Positions 41,901 to 55,681 of a DNA stretch of 64,000 nt are shown piece after piece (the first letter of the stretch is position 1; each line of letters starts with the position of its first letter). Under the pieces are notes generated by a model. The model was not told the DNA's origin. It ran no database searches and saw only the letters and a program-made list of their open reading frames with translations. The DNA lies in NCBI GenBank assembly GCA_030141605.1, contig JAQGDQ010002368.1:682001-746000 (forward strand). Direction: 5' to 3'. The DNA is from Tubiluchus corallicola. Taxonomy: Eukaryota > Animalia > Priapulida. Position numbers and translations under genes: made by a program.

Positions 41901-44900
41901 TTGACAGGTAGAATGTGACGGTGTAACTACATGTAGCATGTGATTGTGATCAACAGGGAAAGTCTGAAATTTCACTCCAATGACGTTTGTTTAGACTATC
42001 GGACATCTCTGTAATGACTGAATGACATTCAGAGTTGTCATTCTTGATGTCATCCTGTCCTAGCAAGCGTCGCGCGTCTAGACCATCGCTTTTCCTGATG
42101 GAAAACAAAACTAATCAACAAAAGCACTGTGGCCACATTAAGAAACAGACTTTTGATTGGGTAAATATCTCATCACAAAGCGCGTCACTCAAGAATTATA
42201 CAATTTGAATTCATCAGTATCGCATAAAGCGGTCATTCACGCGTGCACAGACTACCAGGAAAGCTTGCCACTCACTTTCACAACTAATCATCGGGTATAC
42301 CCTACAATCTAAACGGACATTAATTACCCATAATACTCACAAATAACACTTCAACATGCAGAAACTAGCGCTTCCTAATTACTGTTGTTCGAATAAAATC
42401 CAAAGTAAAGACAGTTTAAATATTCTACTCCTATAATTTATATGACAAAAAAAATTATAGTTGAAACCAATATTAAGCAGACCATAATTAAGCAGACTTA
42501 CAATAGTTTGAATTACAGTAATTTTAACAGCCTGTGGATCTCGAATCTCAGTGGTAAATGATCTTTGTGTGAGCGCCATCAGCTGCTTTAGCCAACTTGC
42601 TTTGTACCTGGGCAGTCAAAGGATATAATTTGTATGTGAAATATGCCAAAAGTTTTAACCTAATAAAACAAAGATTAAGACTTAATCGTAGATACTAATT
42701 GACGTTTTTATTCTTTCCTCAAAAGCATACATTAGAGAATGTATTGATGTTTTATTAGTGTTTAAGACAATAAATGTCAACCCTAATAAAATACTATTTA
42801 TTATTAACTAGGTGTAAGACACATACTAGGATGGAAAATTAAATTAAGTCACTAATTATAATTAAGCTTTCATGTTTCAAATAACAATATACTTACGGCG
42901 ATCCATAAACCAACAGTTCACCAAACTGAAAAAACAAAATAAAATTGTATATGTACGAAAACATATAGTTACAAAAATATGAGTTTACTCTAGTCTATAT
43001 TACATATTTGTTTAAGTGTAGTTGCTTCAGTTTAAGTGCAATAATTAAGAATAACTAAGAATTCTTACGTCATAGAGTTGCTTGTTCTCGTTGTCCTCCT
43101 TAATCACTTGTTTTATTACTCCACGTTCTGCTGATATCTCAAATGCGTCGCAGATTTTCTAAAAAATGTCCACACTCTTTACCATTCTTTGACTGATAGG
43201 CGCTTTTAGATTGATCACGTTATATGCCATAAGCAAATTTTAAACTTGGGAAAGGGATTTTTTATGGTTATCGTGGTATTTAGACTTAGTTCGTAAACCA
43301 TTTTAGCTGGACACCAAACTTTTAAAACATTACAAAGCTACACACAACTATGTGGAAGTTAATGACAAATTTCAAATCGGTCAGTGATAAAATTATAGAA
43401 TTTATAAAATTACGCCAAGGATAATCAGAAAGATGCCCAAAAATTTGGCGTTTCGAACCGAGGGCTCTCCAGTAATTAAGCTGTATAGTAATTAGGAGTT
43501 TAGTAATGAAAAGAAAGTTGCACGATTTTGCCACTGACAGCCGAAGAACTCTTCACGGGTTATAGCGATTACAAATTATAGTTCTTAATTATCTTAACTA
43601 TCAATCCTGGTAAATTTTTACACCCGTTTAATTTTTTTTACTCCTCATCCCTTTGCATAACCACGTTTATACTTCCATCAGAAATACACGAACCTCAATT
43701 TTATCTCTGCATTGCGTTTCTTTTGCCGGAATGACGGCTAGAATGTCCACATAATAGTCTGCAGGGTTGAATTTTGGGGGGCATCTCAAATTCAGACTAT
43801 CAAAATATCCATGAAGAGCTTTCGTTGAACCCAAATATGCTACTCTGCCTTCTGCCATCAACAGCAGCCTGAAAACCGTAAACACCGTAACTTGAATGCA
43901 ACATTATTCCTTCATAACCTTCATTATCAGGAATCCAAAATAATAAAGGAATGGAATGTGTTTTTTGCTTTACGGGTTACCATCTGGTTTTTTAGCTGTG
44001 ACTATTGCTAGTTGATAACTTAATTAAAGTCACTTGAATTTTCAAGTGATGTTATGTAGTTTTATGGTTGTTAGAGGCTGAATAAAACCATGTAGCCAAA
44101 TGTTGCAATTTTCAATACAAATGTTTTCAAAACTAGTTTGGGCACCTTTTACCCTTCGTTATTCTCGAGCAAATCTGAAGTATGTGTACTTCGCATCCAA
44201 ATCAACACATTTTAGAAAACCAAAAATCCATAAGCAAAACAAATTCATTTGGTAGTCTGGATAGGCAAAACTGGTACAATAAAGAAATCTATAACAGTCG
44301 TACTTTACCTGTCAAACATAGCGTACAATTCCGACGCAGGCTGATGTATGGTACACAGAATAGTTCGTCCTTTACTAGCCATGTCTTTCATGACCATGAC
44401 AACATTTTGTGCCATAAAAGAATCTAAGCCAGAAGTCGGTTCGTCACAAAACATTAACTTTGGGTCTGTTAACACCTAGTAATTAGAAAAAAGCTTAAAT
44501 AAATTATGATTCAACAGACGATGCCTCTAGATAGAGTTTAGTTTTGAGACGGCCATAGCCTTCGCTCTATTAGTATAGGAATACAATATTATCATAACTG
44601 ATCAGCGACTGTAACTCATATATTGAAAAATGCTGAGCGTGAGTTACAGTTTAAGCTTGCCATGTGGGTATATGAAGACAAACGTTGGATGCAAACAAGC
44701 AAAAATGTGTACAATCTCATCTTATCTCAATTCTCTAATCTCCTATCTCTAATAAAAACACTGTTGGAATTTCAAGTTCCTAGTTCCTTTGGGTCACGGC
44801 TACTTTTGCCAACATCCGAAAAGCTCTAACTGCAAATTGGATGTTCAAGTTGGTTTAAAAAAAGAGCTAAAGATTTGGCTAGTTTTGGTGGTATTGAACT

Positions 44901-47900
44901 CTTTAAAAATGCTTGATTATTGTTACTAAACTTAGAACATTCATTTGGTGCTAACAGAAAAGGGGATTTTCGTATATGTTTAAATACTATTTTTGTTCTT
45001 CCCCAGCATGTAATGGCAACAAAATTGAGTTTTTATATAAAGGGTATGAACGGAATCCTATACATAAGAAAGCGTGAATAGGAATTTATACCTTCTAATA
45101 TGTAGAACTCTGGGAATTCCCCTTTCTACAGGAATTTAATTTTTATTCCAATTCCATTCATTTTTCCACAAAAGGTATTCTCATAGGAATTCCACCGAAT
45201 ACCCATACATAAGAAATTAAAGTTAAGCATGCATGCTTTAAATAAGAGCGTACGTACTTCACACGCAAACGCGAGACGTTTTTTCTCTCCTCCTGAAATG
45301 CCTTTCATTCTGCCAGGAATACCAATCAGCGTATTCTCGCATGACTTGAGACTAAACTGCAATATTTAATGAAATCGCTTTAGTTCATGTTCTGGCTTGA
45401 AACATACATAAAATTTTCACTTTTCAGACCTTTTAGTTTTTTTATTTCATAGTTAGTATCATCGTAACTGAATAAGATGCTCAGATGACTATAAAATTAA
45501 TATTAATTGCTGCAGTTTTTTAAAAGTAGCAGTATAAAAATTTTATAGTACTTCAAAAGTTTTTACGGGAAATCAGAGTTTCGCTTGAGAGAAAACTAGA
45601 GTTTCAAGCTGCTGTAATTTGCCTACTTTAAAACAAATAGAATTTTGTTCATATGTTGCGTGGAATTTTTTTGCACATGATAGCTTAAAAACGACATCTA
45701 CTTTATTAGCCTTTTCTCCAAAATTTAGCAATTAAATGTAATAAATATTCGTTACTTCAATCAACGCCTCTTCTACTTTTTCCATACGCTGTTGGTAAGA
45801 TAACTTTTCATCCATCCTTAAAAGAGCCTATAAATTGAAGAAATGTTTATTAAAACCAGCCAATCATTCTACGTATTCTCCCAACTTTGCTTTTAAAATA
45901 GCAGAACAGAAAAGTTTTAAAATTCGGACTGTTATATCTTTGAGTTTTCTGTTGCTCACGTGAATTTTAAGGATTCACGGTGGTAAATGAAACGTCTGCT
46001 ATAATACATTACATATAAAATGTACGGAGGAGGAAGATCAAGAGGTTGAGTAACACGAATGTGTGTGAATGAGTCTGTACTTCAATAAATAGGACCTTAG
46101 GTTCAACCTTGAATGTTATTGAGTTACCCATTCGGCGAAAGCAGCTGGATTTTATCACTAGAAATGCACGAAATAAATTGGTTTAGTTCAATTTTGACTA
46201 TTATCGCGTTTACTCATTTTTCTCGAAAGCACCTGAATTTTATTACTTGTAATGCAACTAATTTGCTGCTGCTTCAAACTCAGCAGCTTGGTCAGTCAGA
46301 GGGCATCATTTGCGATAAATTTTAAATAATAAATACAACTAACGTTTTATTTTAATCATTACTATTGAGCGAGTAAGGTTTCCAATCTACTTAGGTAAAT
46401 TGCCTACATATAGTATTCTATTCTGTCTACCGCAACTAACACATGATGAGAGTACTATTGTTGTTTTAGTTATGTAGACAAGCTGAGTAACTGTTTTCAA
46501 GTGATTAAGCTTGTTTTCAGAAAAAAGTATCAAAAAGTAGGCCTACCTGAAACTTTAAATGTTCTCTCACGGTAAGCATACCAAGAAAGAGATCGTCTTG
46601 CTGGACATAGGCTGAAATAGATCGTATGCCAGGTCCAAGAAAATGGCCATTTATTTTCACCGTACCATGCAGAGTAAACGCACTAGTGTGCCTGTGCGTA
46701 AGCACATTTAATAGTGTACTTTTCCCAGAACCACTGAAATTTAGATTTACACTTATTTATTACATCTTAATGCAAAGAACAATACACATTTAATTTAGTC
46801 TAATACACATTTACATTTAACATGTAACATGTGATTATGTACCATGTGCAATAAAACAAAATAATAGCGACAGTATTATATCGACAATCGGATTGCCCGT
46901 CCCACTACCACGCGTGACGAGTAGCACAACTGTTTATATTTACGAAGTATGGATTCGCAGTAGCCAACTAATCCGACTTTAAGGATGCAGCTCCCGATAT
47001 CGCGTACGAAACAATAGAAGCTAAGCTACTGATGATTGTTGGCAATACAATAAAAATCAATTTACAATTATTATATTCACATTAGGCAAAAAGACTGAAG
47101 CTCTATTTATTTGTAAATTTACAATTAAATAAAAACCACTTGCAAATTTAGTTAATAACTGTATTATAAGTCCAACACTTGAAAATTTTTAGTTGATTTG
47201 TTGCAAATTCTAATAAAATTACATTATCGTCAACAGATAGATCTCTGTAAGTTTTACTCTTCTTAAATTGAATTATTCATCTGTGCATAGGCTTATAACT
47301 TTGGTGAAGTATTATTCATATATGATTATACCTTGAAGACCACGATGACGACGACGACAAAATGATGATGATGTCAAGTGATGACGAAGATAATAACGAT
47401 GATGATGTCGGTGACAACAATGATAACGACAATGACGACAATGTTTTGACAGGGATGATGAAGAGATGAAGACAGTAACAGCGATGATTACTTTGAAAAA
47501 AACTGCAATCATAAAGAAAATGATAAAGATTACCTGGCTCCCATAATGGCTAGCAGAGTTCCACCTTCTACATATCCAGTAACTATAACATGATAATACT
47601 ACGTTTCATAAACTTGACTGTACAGTTTGTTAATTTTACGCCCTCACATTCTGTTTAAGTAGATATCTGTTTGGTTTAGATTATGTTTATGAAAATTGTG
47701 TTGTCAATTTACGTATGTAGTTTAATTGGTCAAATTCGTTATATCATCTTTCAAAGAATTACTAATTTATTTTTTATTTTAACGCACTAATAAATTAGGT
47801 TAATAGTACTGTTTTAAATTTTTAGGCACCTGACAATGCTGTCGAAATGTTGTGTTCAAACCTTAGTTACTAGTAAAAGCATTTAGTAATGGGGTTTTAC

Positions 47901-48898
47901 ATACTTAAGTATTGTGGTGTAATCTTGCGGTTTTAAGCAAACTATTCGCACTAATTTCTCTCCTTTCAAACATAAACTTAACAGAAATAATCGTGTTCGC
48001 TACACTGTTTTGCTTATTCAATTATTGCTTCACATTGCTTTTCATCTAAGGAAGAATAATTGTCTATAAAAATGAAGAGCTACATTTGGTTGGTAGCTGA
48101 AAAGCATCAATTATGGTGCTGTGATAAGAAGAAAGAAAACTCACTGTCATTCTTGTCCTACATAAATAAACTTACACAAAATAAACATCAAAACAATAAT
48201 ACCATTTCGAAGAACATGCTTCGCGTGTGTCCGTTTTCGTTGGTAACCCATATTTGAGTTGTGACTTTCATGATGTGTCCATACATTTATTTCCTCCCAA
48301 GTTAAGGTAATCTGAAAAAGTTGGACGTCGGATTAAGAGTGCACAAAATGAAACGTAACTAACTGACACGAAAAGGGCCGGTTTATGAAATGTACGTAGT
48401 TTGTACTACTGTGCCTAGTTTGTGTTAGGTTTGAAGCCCCAAACACTGCAGCATTTCCTGCATTTCATCCACTCGGAAAGCTTCTTCTACAACTGATAAT
48501 AATTTTGCTTATCACTCCTAAAGTCCTCTATCTCTCTGAAGGTTTAGCTTACTTAACTGAAAAGCTAGGCGATTGTAACTAACATATTTTTAGGGATGCC
48601 ATTAATAGCCTCAAAAAGAATTTTTGTAGAGGCCATTGTGGCTAATTAGCTAACCGGCAAATCGTTTCTAGCAGCAGATTTTTTATCTATTATCATCAAC
48701 CTGCTATTAGACTATTCGACATGTTGTTTAAAAAATAATATTCTCACATTAAGTGCACAAAAATTTGGGCTCAATAATGTTCAGTACTGCAGTAGTTTTG
48801 TTTCATAAGCATGTACTGTTACAAAATGAGCCCTCGTTTATATATGTAATGGACCTTAGCAGATAGCTACTTCGATAATAATATTAATAATAATGATA

Positions 48899-48985
<87 letters not shown>

Positions 48986-49213
48986 AATAATAATAATAAT
49001 AATGTCACTTACCGTTTCAACCTCACTAATACCAAGCACACATGTAGCTAGGCGGTCAAGCAGCTTGATGTCCCTTGTTTCGAATTGAACAGCTGGTTCC
49101 AAATCATGTTCCACTTCACCCAGACTTTCTTCATAGGCTTTGTTTTCAATGCCATCTACATCTACATTTAACTGATCATCGTGAATAATAGGTTCGTGAA
49201 GCGAAGCAGCCAT
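32889..49213 (-). CDS. w: White-like ABCG half-transporter (paralogue A), complete, 19 exons, 674 aa
   Basis: Walker A GASGSGKST, Q-loop YVQQDD, signature [12 protein letters not shown], Walker [14 protein letters not shown]-switch [13 protein letters not shown] and NPADY, six-TM domain. All splice phases consistent, total 2025 nt. Symbol marks the white family; one-to-one orthology untested. Confidence 0.93.
33574..33644 (-). CDS. ABCG A exon 18
   Basis: [23 protein letters not shown]. Confidence 0.88.
33756..33856 (-). CDS. ABCG A exon 17
   Basis: [27 protein letters not shown]. Confidence 0.9.
34545..34650 (-). CDS. ABCG A exon 16
   Basis: [34 protein letters not shown]. Confidence 0.9.
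35412..35489 (-). CDS. ABCG A exon 15
   Basis: [26 protein letters not shown]. Confidence 0.88.
36052..36109 (-). CDS. ABCG A exon 14
   Basis: [20 protein letters not shown]. Confidence 0.88.
36310..39130 (-). mobile_element. Degenerate non-LTR retrotransposon (I/Jockey-group-like) in ABCG A intron 13
   Basis: ORF1 zinc knuckles [15 protein letters not shown]...[13 protein letters not shown]; APE endonuclease motifs QVNIN, DIIALQE, GGAAVLV, GDVNA, HYPI; post-RT GIPPLDI; A-rich 3' end near 36310; multiple stops. Confidence 0.8.
39146..39880 (+). mobile_element. Fragment of a second, oppositely oriented LINE ORF2 (RT)
   Basis: [29 protein letters not shown] resembles RT motif YxxFxDFxKAYDxVxRxxL; later [18 protein letters not shown]; internally deleted. 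Confidence 0.55.
40851..40943 (-). CDS. ABCG A exon 13
   Basis: [31 protein letters not shown]. Confidence 0.9.
41377..41508 (-). CDS. ABCG A exon 12 (TM1-TM2; GC donor)
   Basis: 132 nt like the paralogue exon; followed by GCAAGT. Confidence 0.85.
42502..42607 (-). CDS. ABCG A exon 11
   Basis: [24 protein letters not shown]. Confidence 0.9.
42897..42925 (-). CDS. ABCG A exon 10 (29-nt microexon)
   Basis: [10 protein letters not shown]; needed for phase; conserved in paralogue. Confidence 0.85.
43069..43158 (-). CDS. ABCG A exon 9
   Basis: [30 protein letters not shown]. Confidence 0.88.
43694..43868 (-). CDS. ABCG A exon 8
   Basis: [13 protein letters not shown]...[11 protein letters not shown]. 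Confidence 0.92.
44309..44475 (-). CDS. ABCG A exon 7 (Walker B, H-switch)
   Basis: [14 protein letters not shown]...TIHQP. Confidence 0.93.
45258..45356 (-). CDS. ABCG A exon 6 (signature motif)
   Basis: [16 protein letters not shown]. Confidence 0.93.
45756..45827 (-). CDS. ABCG A exon 5
   Basis: [24 protein letters not shown]. Confidence 0.9.
46547..46733 (-). CDS. ABCG A exon 4 (Walker A end, Q-loop)
   Basis: [11 protein letters not shown]...[20 protein letters not shown]. Confidence 0.93.
47534..47582 (-). CDS. ABCG A exon 3
   Basis: [17 protein letters not shown]. Confidence 0.9.
48203..48311 (-). CDS. ABCG A exon 2
   Basis: [11 protein letters not shown]...KHVLRN. Confidence 0.88.
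48896..49002. repeat. (AAT)n(AAC)n(AAT)n microsatellite in ABCG A intron 1
   Basis: Direct reading; starts about 10 nt from the exon 1 donor. Confidence 0.95.
49013..49213 (-). CDS. ABCG A exon 1
   Basis: MAASLHEP...ISEVET, 67 codons, phase-0 donor GTAAGT. Confidence 0.8.
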
Positions 49214-49893
49214 TCTAGCAAAGTGCTCATTAAAAGACAGCAGTGGTCTGTTCTAAAATATTAATCTCAAACCTTCTTGAAGCGCAATAACAAAAACAAA
49301 ATGATCACGCAAGTCCTAATTAATTCGTTCCACGCATGCAAATGTAATTTCAGAGTGAATTCAAGCTACGCGAAATAATTTTGTAAATGCGATAAATGCT
49401 CTATTTCAATAATTAAGGGTGAAAAACATATTAATTTAATTAAATAGAATACCTATGTGACCTTGGCTACACACTCGATCGCTTAATTGTGACTTTGACA
49501 AGGCTGATATATAGCTAACATTCTTCGTAAAACAGTGTTGTTGTAGTATTGTGAAGCACATACACATGCATTGTGATTGTGATTTTTTTGTAATTTATCA
49601 TGCATTCTTACCAAAAAATCTAATAAATTAACCATTTAGCAAGCATAATTAGTAGGTGAAAGTACAAAGTAGCCATCCAAAGTATAATATATGCAGGACT
49701 GTTGTTTTTAGTAAACAAAAATTTATGATACCTGTAATAATTAAACAAGTGCACGCGTGAGTGTGAATACGGTATAAAAACAGCAAGTAAAAATAACCAG
49801 GTTTGCGTACACAAATATTTTAATACAAAACGTTATACAGTTTTTATTGCATCACAAAGAATTATGTACAACTACACGCACGCACCTACGCGG

Positions 49894-49895
<2 letters not shown>

Positions 49896-49945
<50 letters not shown>
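49896..49945. repeat. (CA)n microsatellite
   Basis: Direct reading. Confidence 0.95.
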
Positions 49946-49946
<1 letters not shown>

Positions 49947-50699
49947 AAGTAAATAAATCATTCTAGATGAGACATAGTGTGATTAACAGCTAGAATCAAA
50001 CATCAATTACCACCTTTGACAGCGTGTCTCATGTATACCAGTCTAAATTCAGCCTTGATTCAGGAAATTTAAAGCATATCTTTAAAACTCTTACAGTTTT
50101 GAAACAAATCAATATATTCAGATTAAATTCAACCTAATTTAGATTTTCAAAACTTAGATAATTAAGGGTTTTTAATTTTGCGCTTTAAAGACCAGACCAG
50201 CAGACGTCACATCAACCTAGCTTGCTTTCCTGGTGCAGAATGACAGAATGCTGAAATCCAGAAACCTATGTCTGACTAGAAGCACAAATAACAAACCGAT
50301 GTTCAGATACATGTTATCCCGAAAAAAGACACAGAGAAAACATTATAGCAAGCTTACAGAAGAAAAAATGAGTCAGACTGGCTTATAGACCAAATTGCTG
50401 TTAATGCTATATGACACTTGCTATAATGCTATGTTTGTTTTAACACGGCTAACCAGTCACACAGTACCAAACATTTTCTTCAATAAATGAACTCAGTAGT
50501 GGGATATCGCTCAACTACATCAATTTCTGTCTGGCTTCTTAAAGCATGCGGTCACAAGTCCTAAAAACTGAAACTTTTTGTAGCACGTATCTGCTCTCTA
50601 CACCTCGTGAAACAAAAGCTCTCTTTGTAAATAGAAGAATACATAGAAGATAAATGCAAGATCAGCAGTTAAATTAATATTTATTAGCTGGTACTAACA

Positions 50700-50789
<90 letters not shown>

Positions 50790-50807
50790 TATTTATTTAT
50801 TTTATTT
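50700..50807. repeat. (ATT)n/(ATTT)n microsatellite, possibly the 3' tail of a minus-strand LINE
   Basis: Direct reading; on the minus strand it follows TCTGAAATAAA, a common LINE 3' end motif (inference). Confidence 0.9.
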
Positions 50808-52204
50808 CAGACATTTATATTCCATAGAAGAAGAATAAAATAAGGCACAAGTAAAAACACAAAGTTAGCTTACAGAAACGTAGTAAACTTATATACAAGA
50901 AAGGTCTTATATCGTCTTAAACTTAGATCGTCTTTCTTTTGTTGAAAGATACATAATACATAATAATACATAATTTTGATGCATAACAATTTAGGACTAC
51001 TTCTCAATATTTATGCTGTTTATTTACGCTGCAGTTTGACGAGTCTAATGCTACTATAAACACATGCAAATTTAACTTTCTAAACAGCTTTAGCTTAGAG
51101 TAAATCTTGTATATTGGCCACTGTCTTCACCCATTAATGACGTCATATCCATTTCTGCAGTGGCACCAGTCTTGGTACTACATGCTGCACTTTGAACTTT
51201 GAAGCAGAAATAATCTTATGTTCGATGTTGTAAACGATGAACTCCTCAAAGAAATCGTAAAAAGTATCACATGTATCCCCCTACCGGACAGCCCAGCCCA
51301 GCCCAGCCATAAAACTGTCAATTTGAAATTTGTGCAAAATACAGTTTAGGTACGACACAATATCTTGACAGCAATACGCCTGACACTTTTTCTGAAACCA
51401 GAAATTTCCAAATTGCCTGTTTTAAATATTAGCCGTATTGTGATATTGCTGACCTTAATCAGAATTAGGATTACTGGAGAAATTGATAAAATGACCTACG
51501 CCGTAACAAAAACCTATTGACGTCACTTGACTCACTACTTACACAAAGACTGTAAATGTCGTATCTATTGATGTCAACACCCCCAACCTCCACTGCCGTT
51601 ATCACCTAACCTCTAATGGCGTTAAAGTTAAAAAATCAGCCTAAGATATTTCATCTTTTTGAAAAGTTTTGCATATTTCCCCCAAAGGTCAAAAATCAAC
51701 ATGATGGCTGAAGCAGCTCCATGTTTCTGACTTTGCCCTCTTTTATGCTACCAACTATTGGTCTTACTTATTAAACATAGTTGTAACTACTGCTTAATTA
51801 GGTCTAAGTTAACAGAAGTACAATGCTAAGAAATTCACTAAATATAGGCTTGAGCTTGAAGTAAAAGTTCCAAAAATTTATGCTGAAGGAGCGCATAAAA
51901 CTGCAATTCAGGCTAGAAAAAGTAAAAATACGTTCTTTTTGGGGTGGCAAAAAAACTTTCATAAAGCTTCAATAAATTATTAGTCCTGCTCTGGCTGATT
52001 CACTCTGAAGTTTTAAGAACAGAATTGATTATATGCCACTAGTTTAATCAAAATTGAAAGTCAGTAGAATGATCTAATCCAAGTTTTGCATGGAAGACAT
52101 TTTCGACCCGTTTAACAGGTGAAATGTAAAAAAAGTAAAAAAAAATACGAAACTGAAATGATAAAGTTATCTAGGAGGATGGGATTTCGCAAGAAAACTC
52201 ATGG

Positions 52205-52283
52205 GCACAGGAAACAGATTGGATTAATCAGCACTGGAAACAGACTAGATTCACAACGGCACAGGAAACAGGTTGGATTCATT
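52205..52283. repeat. Diverged ~26-bp tandem repeat x3
   Basis: GCAC(A/T)GGAAACAG..T(G/A)GATT recurs three times. Confidence 0.8.
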
Positions 52284-55200
52284 TTTACGCCAGGTGTGCA
52301 GCTTCAAAAGTGCAGCCGGTTCATCCACCCGATAGCTTCATACTCTCATGAGCACAAGTTTACCCGCCATAGTGATTATATCATTCAATTTGAGCATCAA
52401 AAGCAATTTAATTTTTAAGCAGCAGGATTCGTCTAATATCTTATTTGACTTTTGACAAAAATTTCTCAACAAGATCTTATATAAAATATTCGAAGTCAGT
52501 AGGTCAGTTGCTCAAATGGCTCATTTTGTTCAGCAACATAACCTGGAGCAAAGTGCGATATCACCTAATAAAATGCGCCAAATAGTCTTCTTTAAATTCA
52601 TGGAAGAAACAATTTAACTATTATGTGCGATTAATGCCATAACAAAAACTCAAGTGTTTGTAATAATACTTAAAGAGAAACAATAGGGAACTTTCACAAA
52701 GAATTTTCCGTACAAAGTCCTGTTATGTAGCATTACCCTTATGTACTTGTGTGATGTCTTATGTAATTGAAAAATAAAGTTTGTAATCATTTAAAATGTG
52801 TGCGCGAACTGGTAAATACATTTCAGGGTGCACAACTGGGTCACCAAAAAATACAATTGATCTTATTGACAATGTAAAGTACTTGAAGCTTTTGCTTAGT
52901 TGTCGAAGAATAAGCTACGAAATTGTTTAAAATGGTTTACCGTTAAAATTTAGTAAGTAGCAAATTCTGAGGAGCATTTTCTTGTGCTTTTATTATTTTG
53001 ATAACTCGGTCAGTATGGTGATAATCGTACATAGTAGTCGACTGATTTCGAATTACATCCAGAAGTGGTCTTCTCTACTGCTGATATCTCAAGGCACACG
53101 CGTACTGTTGCCCCCGTCCCCTGGCTATGCAAACAAATGGCGCTTGAAAAGAATGATAATTTAGTTAACTACCTTAGTAGAATATTCGTTTTGTTAAATT
53201 TAAAGATATGACCTTTTTAAAACAGCAGTTGTTACCACAAAACAGAAAAACATGGAGCTGAAAAAGCAAAACATGTAAACAATGGAGCTAAAGAGCAAAC
53301 GTGTAAATAACTATATAAATGTATATAAGAAACGAGTTAATCTAATGAACAAATCATTTGAAAAGAGCTGCAGTTCAACTCAAGTTGCACAATATACATC
53401 GTGTGTTGGGGTCTGAGTCATTAATGCTGTTACAGACTCACGATTACATTTTGGTACCAAGTTTAACTTAACCGGAAATGCGGAAAAGTTGAAGTGAAGT
53501 CTGGATTTAAAAGAGGGACATTCTGTTTACAAGACATCATGTATTTATGACCGAACAAAAATCATAGACGGTTTCTTACTATCAAAAACCGTTTAAGTTA
53601 GACCGAATAAACTGTCCGGTGATTTCGAAGCTTATCAAGTAAAAAAGCTGTAGCTGTAACGAACAATCATGATTTGACACTTTAGTCCGAAATAAGCAGA
53701 TATTAGCTTAGAGCTGAAACTTTTAAAATCCTAACTATACTAAATAAACATAGAATTAAATTAACTCTAGCTAATGATTATAAAAACAAAATTAGTTACA
53801 TACCTCTTCGTCATGTTAAAACACTTGTCAAAAATTCAGAAGTTTTTGGTCAAAAGTCTATAGCTGATTCGAATTTAGAACGCAGACGCCTGTAATCAAA
53901 AATCTTTAGTTAGTCTGGCAGGAAAAGCGCGGATTATTAAAATTACTACTCGATTAATTATAACATATCGTAGTCAGATAATTTTCCAACTGGTTATTCC
54001 CAGTCGAATTTTCTGCTGGTTTGTTTCCGTTTCGCCTTGTCTCAATGACAAAAAAATTAAATGGAAAAATCGATAGAACAGGACAGGCAAACACATATTG
54101 AGAAGAAACAACGGATAGCAAGAGATATTCAAGCTTTGAAAATAAAATCTGTAAAAGAACATTATACAGCTCTGGCTGATGTAATTTAAGTTACGCCTGT
54201 TTAATGCAGGCAACGACGTAAACGAGTCCGTCAACGTGAAACCTAGTTTGTTATTTGTAAACCCTCAAATTAATTTTTGTGTAGGCTTATATAGGATTTA
54301 AATTTATTCGAACTAGAATTAAAGCTGTAAACTTTTAATCTTAACTTCTAACCAGTAGGCTTGGTAAGCAAAAGTGTGTGACCACTTGTAACAGTGTCCG
54401 CCATAACTTATTTTGACCAGTAAGTCTACTTACACAGCTCACTGTACCGTACGTTGACTCAGCACAGAACAATAGAACAAATATTAAATGCACATAATAT
54501 ATAAAGCACCATAATTACGCTTTGACCATTGACGTCTCTAAGCCGAAAGAGTAATTTGGACGTGTCACGGGTTTTTATATGCAGACTGCAGTGTATCCTG
54601 TTCCTTGCGTAGCATGTATACAGAATGTTTTATACGGTTTATTTTACCACCGGTAATAATAGTTTCAAGACCATCATGTGCCTTCGTGCTAAAGTATTCT
54701 CTCTCTCACTCTCATCGCTCGCTCTCTCTCTTTCTGTTCTCTTTGTCTTTGTTTTTCTGTTAAACACTTTCTGACTATTATTATCAATTTTTCTTTCACT
54801 TTTTTCTCCTTGCTGTTGAGCTCTTTCTTTTGTATTTTTATTCATTTATTTCATTCGGTTGCTTAGACAATGAAAAAAATCACAATATCGGACATAATAT
54901 ACAGACAATGACGACATATTACAAATATATACTAGAAAAAATACTAGAAAGTTAGGAAGCTTTTATTGACACACTGCAAATAACAGTAGCCTACAATCAC
55001 TTATACATATTATAATATTTTTGCAAAGAATCGCATAAATACTGAAAGAACCCGAAGCGTTGAACGTGTGTTAAACAAATCAGACTATTTAATCATTTAA
55101 TCATTTAAATCCTCTAGATTTTAACATTGTATAACATCTTAATAATATGTAGCATGTATGGGTGTCCTGCCATAAGCCATAGTTTCTTAGGTCTCCCTTT

Positions 55201-55579
55201 ATTATCTTTTTTAATAACAGTGATCATTTTCGCGTAATTTTTTTTACTTTATTGATTATATATGTATTTCAAAATTAATGTGATTGCGATATATGTTAAA
55301 TCAATAAATTATTTTAAGGTTGAATTGAATTTGAGCATTTCGGCTTTATAAACTGCCGCTGTAAAAACCTATTACATGTCCACGGTAAAGAAAAAACTAA
55401 ATGCAAAACAGTGAGTTTGTTGGATTTAGGAATACATTGCTGATTTAGCACTTTAACAAGGAAATACTAAATTTAAGTGTAGATAATTAACTTCGGATTG
55501 GAAAAGCTTCAACATAAGATAAGCATCGACTTTAATTTTGCACTTTAAATGCATCTATTTCTGGCATCATGTCATCAAC

Positions 55580-55681
55580 CTAGCCTTTATTCCGTGTTTG
55601 AAATGAAAGAATGATGAAAGCCAAAAGCCTGTATCCAGCCATCAGAACGAATAACAAGCCAACGTTCAGGTACATATTATC
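55580..55681 (-). CDS. ABCG B exon 19 (stop)
   Basis: [33 protein letters not shown]. Confidence 0.9.
   Translation of the reverse strand, partial: DNMYLNVGLLFVLMAGYRLLAFIILSFQTRNKG

Noticed and set aside
51180-51270. EEFIVYNIEH resembling a PARP catalytic C-terminus
   Set aside because: Isolated short match with no other PARP motifs or splice context.
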